64,000 bases of DNA from Longimicrobium sp. (GCA_036387335.1 DASVTZ010000177.1:2413-66412), one strand, 5' to 3'; positions 9,155-17,852 are shown, numbered from the stretch's first letter. Translations and numbers: made by a program. The notes: a model not told the origin generated them from the sequence alone.

Positions 9155-10063
9155 CTACGCCCACCGCTCCAGCCGCCCCTCGGCGGCGCTCACGGGCAGG
9201 GTGCCCGGGTGGAGCCACGCGGCGAGCGCCTCGATGCCGCCCACCGCGCGCGGGCCGGAGCGGCTGAAGAAGGCGCTGTGCCCGATCGCCGCCTTGCCGT
9301 CCGTCTGCGCACGCGGGGCGAGCGCCTCCAGCTTGGGCCGCGCGCGCTCCGCGTCCGCCCGCGTGGCTTCGAGGTCGTAGCCGCAGGGGATCAGGAGGAG
9401 GCGCTCGGGATCCAGTCCTTCCGCCTGCGCCCAGGGGATCTCCACCGAGTGCCCGCCCGCCGTGCCGAGCAGCGACTCCGCGCCCGCGTGCTCGATCATC
9501 TCCGGGATCCAGTGCCCCGGCGCGAACGGCGGATCGAGCCACTCCAGCGCCAGCGTGCGCGGCCGGTTCCTCCCCGCGACGGCCTCCGCGACCCTGTCCA
9601 GCCGCCCGCGCAGCCGAGCCACCGCCGCCTCTCCACGACGTGCATTGCCCGCCGCCTCCGCCACCTGCGCCACGGTCCCGAGGATTTCCTCGAGCGTGTG
9701 CGCATCCAGCGAGAGCACGGTGGGCCGCGACGGCAGCGCGTCCACCGCCTCGTGCACTGATGCGGTGGGAACGGCGCACACTTCGCAGACGGCCTGGGTG
9801 AGGATGAGGTCGGGCTTCGCGTCGCGGAGGGCGTCCACGTCGATGGCGTACACGCTCCCGAACTCCATCATGCAGCGCCGCACCTCCGCGTCGATCTCGC
9901 CGCTGGTGAGTCCCGCCGGCTCGAAGCGCACTCGGCTCGCCCGGGGGAGCCGCAGCGCCTCGGGCGGGTAGTCGCACTCGTGCGAGATGGCGACCAGGTG
10001 CTCCTGGAGCCCCAGCTCGTACACGATCTCGGTCGCGCTGGAAAGAAGGGAGGCGATTCGCAT
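9155..10063 (-). CDS. BtuF-like (cobalamin/Fe-siderophore) substrate-binding protein
   Basis: MRIASLLSSATEIVYELG..SHECDYP, PDLILTQAVCEVCAV, LEWLDPPF..GHWIPEMI, FSRSGPR. Confidence 0.85.
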   Translation of the reverse strand: MRIASLLSSATEIVYELGLQEHLVAISHECDYPPEALRLPRASRVRFEPAGLTSGEIDAEVRRCMMEFGSVYAIDVDALRDAKPDLILTQAVCEVCAVPTASVHEAVDALPSRPTVLSLDAHTLEEILGTVAQVAEAAGNARRGEAAVARLRGRLDRVAEAVAGRNRPRTLALEWLDPPFAPGHWIPEMIEHAGAESLLGTAGGHSVEIPWAQAEGLDPERLLLIPCGYDLEATRADAERARPKLEALAPRAQTDGKAAIGHSAFFSRSGPRAVGGIEALAAWLHPGTLPVSAAEGRLERWA

Positions 10064-10078
10064 GGGGGTAAGGTAAGG

Positions 10079-10390
10079 CCCTCACCCCCGCTCGTCAGGC
10101 CCCCTCCCCCCAGCCCCCTCCCCCGCCTGCGGGGGCGCAGGGCGGGTGAGGGGGAGAACTGCCCTCCGCTTCACACGGATCTGGTAGGGGCGCGATTCAT
10201 CGCGCCCGTGCCCGCCGCCGCTCCGCCACCCGCCTTCCACACCAACGCCCGTAGGGGCCGACCTGCGTGTCTGCCCACCGCCCGCCTCCCCCCGATCCCC
10301 CGCCTCCCCGCACCCAAACCCGTAGGGGCGGCCCCGCGTGGCCGCCCGTGCCCGCCGCCGCCCCGCCGCCCGCCGCCCGCACCCATGCCG
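10079..10390 (+). repeat. Composite intergenic repeat cassette: CCCTCACCCC hairpin plus three GTAG-REP palindromes (A-B-C)
   Basis: GTAGGGGCGCGATTCATCGCGCCC (10184), GTAGGGGCCGACCTGCGTGTCTGCCC (10251), GTAGGGGCGGCCCCGCGTGGCCGCCC (10322). Confidence 0.85.
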
Positions 10391-10418
10391 GCCATCACGC
10401 CGCCGCATACAGCCCGGT

Positions 10419-10447
10419 TTGACGCTCCGCGCCCGCCTGCCTACCTT
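10419..10447 (+). promoter_or_regulatory. Sigma70-like promoter of thyX
   Basis: TTGACG-N17-TACCTT about 40 nt upstream of the ATG. Confidence 0.6.
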
Positions 10448-10489
10448 GTCGCGCTCGCCCGCGACGACCCCCGAGACACCGGTTCCCCG

Positions 10490-12361
10490 ATGCACATCAT
10501 CCGCGCGCCGCGCGTGACTCTGATCGCGCGCCAGCAGTTCATCCCGCCCCCGCACATCCGCTGGGAGAGCGACAGCGACGTGCCGGGCGAGGCGCTGGCG
10601 GAATTTGCGGGACGTCTTTGCTATTTGTCCTTCGGAGAGGACAGTGGCCTCGAAGGAGGACACCGCACCATCGCCGGCCGCACGACGAACGAAGCGTATC
10701 TGGGGAACATCCTGCAGGTGAAGCACGGGAGCGTACTGGAGCACGCGGTCTTCACTTTCCTCATCGAAGGGGTGAGCCGCTCGCTTACGCACGAGCTCGT
10801 CCGGCACAGGGCTGGAATGGCGTACTGTCTGAGCGGCGACACGCTCGTGTACAGCGAGCGGCGCGCTGGGGGAATGCGGAACGGGCCACGCAAGCGCACA
10901 CTGCGCAGCATCTACGAGATGACGCAGACGCCGCACGGCCGTTCGCGGCTGAAGCTCCTCCGCCTGCGCACGCTGGACGAAACGACCGGCACCTTCACGA
11001 CCGGCCGCGTGCGCGCCGTCGTCTGCTCCGGGAGCAAGCCGGTGTTCCGGGTGGAGCTCGAGGATGGGAAGACCATCACCTGCACGAAGGAGCACCGCTT
11101 CCTCACGCCGAACGACGGATGGAAGCCGCTGGAGGAGATCGTCGGCGGGCTGGAGGTTTCCGCGAGCGGGCTCGCTGTGTACGGGCGGAACGACGCCTCG
11201 CTGCTGGCCAACGGCGTGCCCGCGTACCGCGATCCTGCCTGGCTCCGGCACCACTACCACGAGCGCGCTCTTCCGCAGGAAACCATCGCGCAGCTCGCGG
11301 GCGTATCTACGCACACCATACGCGCCTGGGTGCGAAAGCTCGGCCTGCAGAAGCCGCTCGGCTCGTGGACGCGGGGGGTCTCCCCGTGGAACCGCGGTAA
11401 GCGCTACCGTGCCGGTTGGACGCACACCGAAGAGACGAAGCGGATGCTCGCCGAGATGAAGCTCGGCGAGGCCAACCCGCAGTGGAAGGGTGGGATCACT
11501 CCCGATGGCGTCCGGCTCCGGAAGCCCCTGGAGGCCCTCCGGGCGGAGATCTATGCGCGCGACGCCCACACCTGCCGTGTCTGTGCGGAGAAGGGCGGGA
11601 GGCTGACGCTGCACCACGTACTGCCGATATGGGCGCGCCCCGACCTGGCGGACGACGTGAGCAACGTGGTGACCGTCTGCCGCGATTGCCACCTCTCGCT
11701 CAACGGGAGGGAGTTGGAGTACGTGGAGCACTTCGGGCGCAGCCTGTCCGAGATTCCGGAGGGCGTCACCCAGCCTCATGGCCGGGGCAACGCGCTCGTC
11801 CCGCACGCCCTGCGCATCCGCTCCGTGACGTACGAGGGCGAGCAGATGACGTACGACCTGGAGATGGAGGGGCCAAACCACAACTTCGTGGCCGACGGCA
11901 TCGTCACGCACAACTCGCAGCTAAGTCAACGTTATGTAGACGAGTCGGACATCGCGTTCGTGATCCCGCCGGAGATCGACGAGGGGACGGAGGCGTACCG
12001 GGCTTGGGAGCAGGCCTGCGAGGGGTCGCTGCAGGCGTACCGGCGGCTGCTGGACGAGATGACGGAGCTGGTGGGGGAGAGCGGGCCCGCGACGATGCGG
12101 AAGAAGCGCGCACGCCAGGCCGCCCGCGCCGTCCTCCCCAACTGCGCGGAGACCAAGCTGGTGATGACGGGGAACGCCCGCGCCTGGCGCCACTTCGTGG
12201 AGATGCGCGGGAGCGCCACCGCCGACGTGGAGATCCGCCGCCTGGCCGGCGCCGTGCTCAGCCGCCTTCGCGACGAGGCGCCGCACATCTTCGGCGACAT
12301 GCACCTGGTGCCGCACAACGACGGCACCGCGACGGTCGAGACGCCCAACAGCAAGGTCTGA
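10490..12361 (+). CDS. thyX: FAD-dependent thymidylate synthase ThyX precursor containing an intein
   Basis: AGRLCYLS, HGSVLEHA, SRSLTHELVRHR; removing the intein restores RHRAGMAY-SQLSQRYV; C-terminal ARAVLPN..GNARAWRHFVEMR; start reassigned to MHIIRAP (10490). Confidence 0.95.
   Translation: MHIIRAPRVTLIARQQFIPPPHIRWESDSDVPGEALAEFAGRLCYLSFGEDSGLEGGHRTIAGRTTNEAYLGNILQVKHGSVLEHAVFTFLIEGVSRSLTHELVRHRAGMAYCLSGDTLVYSERRAGGMRNGPRKRTLRSIYEMTQTPHGRSRLKLLRLRTLDETTGTFTTGRVRAVVCSGSKPVFRVELEDGKTITCTKEHRFLTPNDGWKPLEEIVGGLEVSASGLAVYGRNDASLLANGVPAYRDPAWLRHHYHERALPQETIAQLAGVSTHTIRAWVRKLGLQKPLGSWTRGVSPWNRGKRYRAGWTHTEETKRMLAEMKLGEANPQWKGGITPDGVRLRKPLEALRAEIYARDAHTCRVCAEKGGRLTLHHVLPIWARPDLADDVSNVVTVCRDCHLSLNGRELEYVEHFGRSLSEIPEGVTQPHGRGNALVPHALRIRSVTYEGEQMTYDLEMEGPNHNFVADGIVTHNSQLSQRYVDESDIAFVIPPEIDEGTEAYRAWEQACEGSLQAYRRLLDEMTELVGESGPATMRKKRARQAARAVLPNCAETKLVMTGNARAWRHFVEMRGSATADVEIRRLAGAVLSRLRDEAPHIFGDMHLVPHNDGTATVETPNSKV
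10826..11914 (+). mobile_element. Intein (363 aa) with HTH, NUMOD3-like and HNH endonuclease domains
   Basis: C1 (CLSGDT), block B TKEH, block F/G YDLEMEGPNHNFVADGIVTHN followed by Ser+1; CRVC..LHH..N..CRDCH HNH/Zn motif. Confidence 0.95.
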
Positions 12362-12362
12362 C

Positions 12363-12899
12363 GTGGCGGGGGAGCGCTGGGTGGAGATCGAATACCGGCG
12401 CCTCCCCGACCGCGAGCAGCGCTTCCACCAGCGGGTGCTGGATGATGACGGCGAGTGCGTCGTCACCTTTCTGGAGTCCGCCGAGCTGCCGAAGCCGGTC
12501 AGAGCGGGGACGCGAGTGATCCTGGAGCCGGGGGCGCCCGTGGTCTGGCTCACCTTTCGCGGCCTCTGGCACGACGTCGGCCGCTTCCACCTGCGCGACG
12601 GCACCTTTACCGGCTTCTACGCCAACGTCCTCACGCCGGTGGAGATGGAGGGGGACCGCTGGCGCACGACCGACCTCTGCCTGGACGTCTGGCTGGGCGC
12701 GGACGGCGAGGTGCAGGTGCTGGACGAGGACGAGCTGGCCGAGGCGGAGCGCCGCGGCTGGGCCACCGCCGAAACCGCCGCGCGCGCGCGCCACGAAGCC
12801 GCCGATCTGGTGGAGCGGGCGAGGGAGGGGCGCTGGCCCTCCGCGCTTCTCCACGATTGGACGCTGGAGCGCGCACGCGCCGCCATCCAACCCACATGA
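12363..12899 (+). CDS. DUF402 (FomD-like) domain protein
   Basis: WHDVGRFH..FYANV..TTDLCLDVW..VLDEDE; starts 1 nt after the thyX stop. Confidence 0.85.
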   Translation: MAGERWVEIEYRRLPDREQRFHQRVLDDDGECVVTFLESAELPKPVRAGTRVILEPGAPVVWLTFRGLWHDVGRFHLRDGTFTGFYANVLTPVEMEGDRWRTTDLCLDVWLGADGEVQVLDEDELAEAERRGWATAETAARARHEAADLVERAREGRWPSALLHDWTLERARAAIQPT

Positions 12900-13615
12900 A
12901 GGCTCCGATGAATCGCAACGACGCACTTCGCCGCGCCCTCGTGGCCGCCATCGCGCTCACCCTGGCGGGGAGCGGCGCGTGCGCCCGGCCGCCGGCTCCA
13001 TCCGCGGGCGCCGCGGCGGCGCCCGTGCCCGCCGACGTGGACTCCGTGCTCCCGCGCGCCGACCGCGACCGCGCCAAGGGCGTGCAGGGCGCGCCGCTGA
13101 CGGTGGTGGAGGTCTCCGACTTCCAGTGCCCGTTCTGCCGCCAGTGGACGGAGACCACGTACCGGCAGTTCGACAGCGCGTACATCCGCACGGGGAAGGT
13201 GAGGATGGTCTTCATCAACTACCCGCTCCCCAACCACCCGCGCGCCTACGCCGCCGCCGAGGCAGCCATGTGCGCGGGGGCGCAGGGGAAGTTCTGGGCG
13301 ATGCACGACCGCCTCTTCGCCACGCAGCGCGATTGGAGCGGGATGGCCGACGCTTCGCGCCGCTTCGACGCCTTCGCCACGGAGATCGGCCTCGAAATGG
13401 GAGCGTACCGCGACTGCACCGCCAACGACCGTGTGGCGCAGCTCATCATCGGCGACGCGCTGAAGGCGGCGGGCGGCGGGATCAGCGGGACGCCCGCGTT
13501 CGTCATCAACGGCACCCGTTTCCTGGGCGGCGCCGTCACGTTCGACCAGATGAAGACGGAGCTCGACGCCGCGCTCGCGAGCCCCGCGCCCGCGCCGCCG
13601 CCGCCGCCCAACTGA
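12896..13615 (+). CDS. DsbA/thioredoxin-fold protein (exported)
   Basis: EVSDFQCPFC, FINYPL, GISGTPAFVING; signal/lipoprotein-like N-terminus; ATGA overlap with the DUF402 gene. Confidence 0.9.
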   Translation: MKAPMNRNDALRRALVAAIALTLAGSGACARPPAPSAGAAAAPVPADVDSVLPRADRDRAKGVQGAPLTVVEVSDFQCPFCRQWTETTYRQFDSAYIRTGKVRMVFINYPLPNHPRAYAAAEAAMCAGAQGKFWAMHDRLFATQRDWSGMADASRRFDAFATEIGLEMGAYRDCTANDRVAQLIIGDALKAAGGGISGTPAFVINGTRFLGGAVTFDQMKTELDAALASPAPAPPPPPN

Positions 13616-13629
13616 AGAACAGTAATAGT

Positions 13630-13702
13630 CTCACGCAAAGGCGCGAAGGCGCAAAGAAAGCGTTTCCGTGTCTTTCCTTCGCGTCTTCGCGCCTTCGCGT
13701 GA
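13630..13702. repeat. CTCACGC-family inverted-repeat element between convergent genes
   Basis: tcacgcaaaggcgcgaaggcgc...gcgtcttcgcgccttcgcgtga. Confidence 0.75.
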
Positions 13703-13774
13703 CATTGCTTTTGGTGAATGCACGAACGCCCGCACCTGTCGTCAGGCGCGGGCGTTCGGACGTGCGGGTACGGA

Positions 13775-14020
13775 TCAGTGCTCTTCGCCGACGACGTAGG
13801 CGGAGACGAGGCGCTGCATGTCGAGGTACATGTGCTGCGTCACGCTTTCTTCCTCGCGGAGCAGGTCGATCAGACGGTCGTAGCGGCTGAGGACGCTCTG
13901 CTGCACGTGCACCGTCTCCGCGTGAAAGGTGCCCTTGTCCGCGAAGACAAGGCGGACGGGTACGGTGGGGCCCGGCGCTTCCGGCATCATGCCTCCAGCG
14001 GTTGGATCGAGGCCGCTCAC
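13775..14020 (-). CDS. Small hypothetical protein (~81 aa)
   Basis: GTG start overlapping the VKOR stop (GTGA); host-like codons; VRLVFADKGTFH..YDRLIDLLRE. Confidence 0.65.
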   Translation of the reverse strand: MSGLDPTAGGMMPEAPGPTVPVRLVFADKGTFHAETVHVQQSVLSRYDRLIDLLREEESVTQHMYLDMQRLVSAYVVGEEH

Positions 14021-14505
14021 CGGGCCCTCTTCAGGCCCGGGACCGACAGGAGAAAGATCAGCGTGACGAGGATCGCGGAGATCACGCACCACTGGCACCA
14101 CGCGTGGATCACCGCCGCCTCCAGGTACGTGAGGTAGGCGGAGAAGAGCACCCCCACTCCCGAGATCCCAAAGAGGGCCAGCGCCACCCACCGCGCATCG
14201 GCGAAGCGCGGCTGAAGCCCCAGGATGGAGACCACCAGCAGGGTGACGTAGGCGCCCAGCCCCCACACCGACACCGGCTGCCCAAAGAGCACGGACCAGG
14301 GCGAGTTCTGCACCGTCTCGCATCCGCCGATGGTGCACTGGATGGGGCCCATCACCCCCCACTTGTACATCGACAGGTAGAGCGCCACGAACAGCCCCAG
14401 CAGCGACAGCACGGCGATCCCCATCCGCGCCACCGGCGGGCGCGGAGAGGCGTCGGCGTAGTCGTCGCCGTGCACCTCCGCGCGCGCCGCCTGCGAGGTC
14501 GTCAC
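14017..14505 (-). CDS. Vitamin K epoxide reductase (VKOR) family disulfide oxidoreductase
   Basis: CTIGGCETVQNSPWS..GQPVSVWG loop cysteines and WCQWC active site; four TM helices; GTG start overlapping the DsbA stop. Confidence 0.92.
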   Translation of the reverse strand: MTTSQAARAEVHGDDYADASPRPPVARMGIAVLSLLGLFVALYLSMYKWGVMGPIQCTIGGCETVQNSPWSVLFGQPVSVWGLGAYVTLLVVSILGLQPRFADARWVALALFGISGVGVLFSAYLTYLEAAVIHAWCQWCVISAILVTLIFLLSVPGLKRAR

Positions 14506-15254
14506 CGGGCCGCCGCGCTGTCGGCCGCGGGTGCGGCAGCCGGAGCAGCACCGGTGGAGCCGGGAGCGATCTTCTCCAGCTCGGCGGCGAACGCGCTGTA
14601 GTCGCGCGGGATGTCCTGCAGGCGCTGGCCGTTCACGAAGATGGTGGGCGTGCCCCCCACCCCGAGCGACTCGCCCAGCTTGACGCTCTCGGAGACTTCC
14701 CGGGCGAACCGGTCCGAGCGGATGCACTCCTCGAAGCGGTCCTCGTCCGCCCCGGCGGCCCCGGCGTACCCGACGAAGAGGGGGACGGGGTCTTCCTCGA
14801 AGGCCCACTTTCCCTGATTCTGGAAGAGCGCGTCGTGGTACGCCCAGAACTTCCCCTGCTCGTTGGCGCAGCGGCCGGCCCGCGAGGCGATGAAGCCGTT
14901 CACGTGCATCGCAAGGGGGAAGTCGTAGAAGACGTAGCGGGCGCGCCCCGTGTTCACCAGCCGCTCCTTGATCAGCGGCTCCATGAAGGTGGCCCACCCC
15001 TGGCAGCCGGGGCACTGGAAGTCGGCGAACTCCAGGATGGTGAGCGGCGCGTCCGGGCGGCCGATGCTCATCCCCGGGAGGCGCTGGAGCTCGGCCGGGC
15101 TCATCTCGACCTTGATGGGCGCGCGGGCAGCTTCGCCGCCCTTGCGCATCTGGGTGAACAGGACCCCGGCGCCGGCTACGACGATGAGGCCCAGGAGCAG
15201 GTACAGCGGCGTGAGCGGCGAGCGCTTCTTGGCCGCCGGGGCGGGTCGGGGCAC
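14502..15254 (-). CDS. Membrane-anchored DsbA family protein
   Basis: EFADFQCPGC, YDFPL, GVGGTPTIFVNG; N-terminal TM; GTG start at 15254 with GGAGG RBS. Confidence 0.9.
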   Translation of the reverse strand: MPRPAPAAKKRSPLTPLYLLLGLIVVAGAGVLFTQMRKGGEAARAPIKVEMSPAELQRLPGMSIGRPDAPLTILEFADFQCPGCQGWATFMEPLIKERLVNTGRARYVFYDFPLAMHVNGFIASRAGRCANEQGKFWAYHDALFQNQGKWAFEEDPVPLFVGYAGAAGADEDRFEECIRSDRFAREVSESVKLGESLGVGGTPTIFVNGQRLQDIPRDYSAFAAELEKIAPGSTGAAPAAAPAADSAAAR

Positions 15255-15412
15255 GCTTCTTCCTCCGTGGGATTGTCCGATGATACGGTGGACCGCCGTC
15301 GGCGGCGGTCCATGATAACGGATCGGCGCGCGGCAGAGCAAGCCGACGCGCCTTGTAAACCAGGGGCGGAACGCCGGTTCCGGCGCCTCCCTGCAACCTT
15401 CAGCGGACCACG

Positions 15413-16219
15413 ATGGACATCCGGCTCGTACGAGGCCGCAACCAGCGGCTCTGGGTTTGGACGATGGGGATCGTCACCGTCGCGCTGCTCGCGTGGGGGT
15501 CGGCGTTCGTCCTGGGCGACGCCACCATGAACCCCGGGAAGCAGGTGGGCGCCAAGGCCAACTTCGGCGGCGAGCGCGCCCAGGTGGTCCCCATGCAGAG
15601 CGAGGCGTTCGAGTCCGCGCTCCCGCTGGAGGATCGCGAGCTGGGGCGCCGCCTGCGCCTTACCGGCATCGCGGAGAGCCGCACGGTGCGCAACGCCGTA
15701 TGGGTGCGCACCCAGAACCCGCGCCGCTGGATCCTGCTGCGCGTGGAGCCGGTGCCGAAAGGGCAGGCGATGCGTCCCCTCTACCCCGGCAGCGGGGTGG
15801 ACGTGCAGGGCTATCTTCAAAAGATCTCGCGCGCGGAGTTCGACGCCTGGATCGACTCGCTGGACGTGTACCTTCCGCGCCCCACGCCGGGGGTGAAGTT
15901 CGGCGACCTGCCGGACAGCGGCTTCATCCGGATCGATTCGCTCTTCATCCGCGACTACTACATCTCGGTGCGGCCCGAGGGGCTGCCCGGCGGACTGATC
16001 GCCGCGCCCGTCCGGCCCGCCCCGCGCCCGACGCGCGCCGCTCCGCGCACCCCGCCGCCGCCCGCGCGCAACCCCGTGCCGGAGAAGAGCGCGCCCGCCG
16101 CGCCGGCCACGGGCACCACGACGACGCCCGCGCAGACGACGACGCCCGCGCCGGCGCAGGGTCCGCCTCCCCCTGCCGAGTTCCCGCCGCCAGACAGCGG
16201 GCGGGCGCCCCCTCCATGA
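15413..16219 (+). CDS. Hypothetical membrane-anchored protein with Pro-rich C-terminus
   Basis: N-terminal TM (LWVWTMGIVTVALLAWG); globular beta-rich middle; P/A/T-rich tail. Confidence 0.75.
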   Translation: MDIRLVRGRNQRLWVWTMGIVTVALLAWGSAFVLGDATMNPGKQVGAKANFGGERAQVVPMQSEAFESALPLEDRELGRRLRLTGIAESRTVRNAVWVRTQNPRRWILLRVEPVPKGQAMRPLYPGSGVDVQGYLQKISRAEFDAWIDSLDVYLPRPTPGVKFGDLPDSGFIRIDSLFIRDYYISVRPEGLPGGLIAAPVRPAPRPTRAAPRTPPPPARNPVPEKSAPAAPATGTTTTPAQTTTPAPAQGPPPPAEFPPPDSGRAPPP

Positions 16220-16431
16220 GGTGGACGCCGGACGACCTGGACCGCCTGGAGCGCGCGATCCTGGACGGCACCCGGGTGCAGCTCTGCCGGCGGGGCACGG
16301 AGCTGATCGTGGTGCCGGAGGACGTGCGCGCCCGCTTCGGCCGCGACATCCTCCGCGCCCGCCGCGTCGCCACCGGCGAGTCCGACGAGTTTCCGCTGGA
16401 CGAGGTGGAGAGCTTCGAAGTGCTGGACTGA
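16216..16431 (+). CDS. Small hypothetical protein (71 aa)
   Basis: ATGA overlap with the upstream stop; MRWTPDDLDRLERAILDG..FPLDEVESFEVLD. Confidence 0.7.
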   Translation: MRWTPDDLDRLERAILDGTRVQLCRRGTELIVVPEDVRARFGRDILRARRVATGESDEFPLDEVESFEVLD

Positions 16432-16700
16432 AGGGCCTCCCTCCCGGCCCCCTCCCCCGCTCGTCACCTCGCGACCCCTCCCCCAAACTGCTGGGGGAGG
16501 GGTGTTTGCGTCGTGTCCCGTCCCCTCCGCCGGCTGTCGTCACAACCGAAATCGTAGGGGCAGACCTGCGTGTCTGCCCTCCCTCGCCCCCGCCCGGATC
16601 TCCGCACCTTCGCACGAATCCTCGTAGGGGCCGCCCCACGTGGCTGCCCGTGTCCTCCCCCACACCAACGCCTGCATCCTCACACCCATCCCCCACCGGC
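16432..16700 (+). repeat. Composite repeat cassette (CCCTCCCC hairpin plus REP B-C)
   Basis: GTAGGGGCAGACCTGCGTGTCTGCCC at 16554 and GTAGGGGCCGCCCCACGTGGCTGCCC at 16624. Confidence 0.82.
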
Positions 16701-16702
16701 CC

Positions 16703-17506
16703 TTACTCCGCCGCGGCGCCCACCGGCCGCGCCGTACCTGCGGCGAACTCGCGGGCGGCCTCGACGAAGTCCCAGAACAGGCGCCGGTTGGGATCGCGCT
16801 GGTCCTGCGGTGCCTCGGCCTCCCCGCGCTCGGGGTGCCACTGGACGCCGCAGATCCACGTGTCGCCGGTCCCCTCCACGCCCTCCACCACACCGTCCTC
16901 TGCCCAGGCGGAGGCGCGCAGGCCGTCGCCGAGGGCATCCACGGCCTGGTGGTGAAAGGAGTTGATGAAGAGCGCGCGCGTGCCAAAGATCGCCGCCAGC
17001 CCGCTTCCCTCCTCGACGGTGGCGTGGTGCCACTCCTTGTCCACCGGCGCGGCCTGCTCGTGAAGAAGGCCGCCGGTGCGCTGCGACGGGATGTCCTGGA
17101 TGAGCGTGCCGCCGAGCCCCACGTTCAGCACCTGCATTCCGCGGCAGATGCCGAGCACCGGGATGCCGCGCCGCACCGCCGCCGCCAGCGCAGCCAGCTC
17201 CACCGCGTCGCGCGCCGGGTTCACGGAGGTGACGGTGGGGTGCGGCGACTGGCCGTAGCGCGCCGGGTCCACGTCTTCGCCGCCGGTCAGCATCAGCCCG
17301 TGCGCCACTCCCACAATCTGCTCCACCGATGCCAGGTGGTGCGCCGGGGTCAGCAGCAGGGTGGCGCCGCCGGGCGCCTCCACCGCCGCGATGTACTGCG
17401 CGTTCAGCTTCACCCCCGGTAGCCCGTGCGCCCCCACGGGCGCGAGCGAGGTGGTCACGGCGATCAGCGGGCGTTCGGGGTGCAGCACGGGATCTCTGTC
17501 TTCCAC
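16703..17506 (-). CDS. Class I glutamine amidotransferase (PuuD / peptidase C26 family)
   Basis: GLMLTGGEDVDP, LGICRGMQVLNV (Cys nucleophile), VNS/INSFHHQAV, GVQWHPE; GTG start inferred. Confidence 0.9.
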   Translation of the reverse strand: MEDRDPVLHPERPLIAVTTSLAPVGAHGLPGVKLNAQYIAAVEAPGGATLLLTPAHHLASVEQIVGVAHGLMLTGGEDVDPARYGQSPHPTVTSVNPARDAVELAALAAAVRRGIPVLGICRGMQVLNVGLGGTLIQDIPSQRTGGLLHEQAAPVDKEWHHATVEEGSGLAAIFGTRALFINSFHHQAVDALGDGLRASAWAEDGVVEGVEGTGDTWICGVQWHPERGEAEAPQDQRDPNRRLFWDFVEAAREFAAGTARPVGAAAE

Positions 17507-17544
17507 GGGTTGGTCTCTTCGGGTTTTCGGGTCGTACGGTGTCG

Positions 17545-17822
17545 GGCGCGGAGGTCTGGCGCAAACACGGGGCCGGGAGGGTGGGGCGGAGGTCGCGGAC
17601 GGGGTGCGAGGGGCGGGGCCCGGGATGGCACGGGCAGCCACGTGGGGCGGCCCCTACGAGGGTTCGTGGTAAGGTGCGGAGGTCTGGGTGGCGGCGAGGG
17701 CGGGCAGACACACAGGTCTGCCCCTACCGGAACCTATGCACAGGGCGGCGAATTCTCCCCCTCACCCGCCCTGCGCCCCCGCAGGCGGGGGAGGGGGCCG
17801 GGGGGTGGGGGCCCTCCCCCAC
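17545..17822 (-). repeat. Composite repeat cassette, reverse orientation (hairpin plus REP B-C)
   Basis: Reverse complements of REP B (17702-17727) and REP C (17632-17657) plus the GGGGGAGGGGGCCGGGGGG hairpin. Confidence 0.82.
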
Positions 17823-17852
17823 GGCCCGCTCCTTGTATCCACCCCAGGCCAA

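Noticed and set aside
10064-10180. Cobalamin riboswitch upstream of the BtuF-like gene
   Set aside because: The region is occupied by the hairpin repeat; no B12-box recognisable
10184-10347. CRISPR array (regular palindromic repeats with ~45 nt variable spacers)
   Set aside because: Only 2-3 units per array, three different repeat sequences, the GTAG-REP signature, compositionally biased spacers and no cas genes in the window
9980-10489. N-terminal 170 aa extension of ThyX in the ORF track
   Set aside because: It translates the repeat cassette; the promoter at 10419-10447 and the ThyX-like start MHIIRAP support 10490
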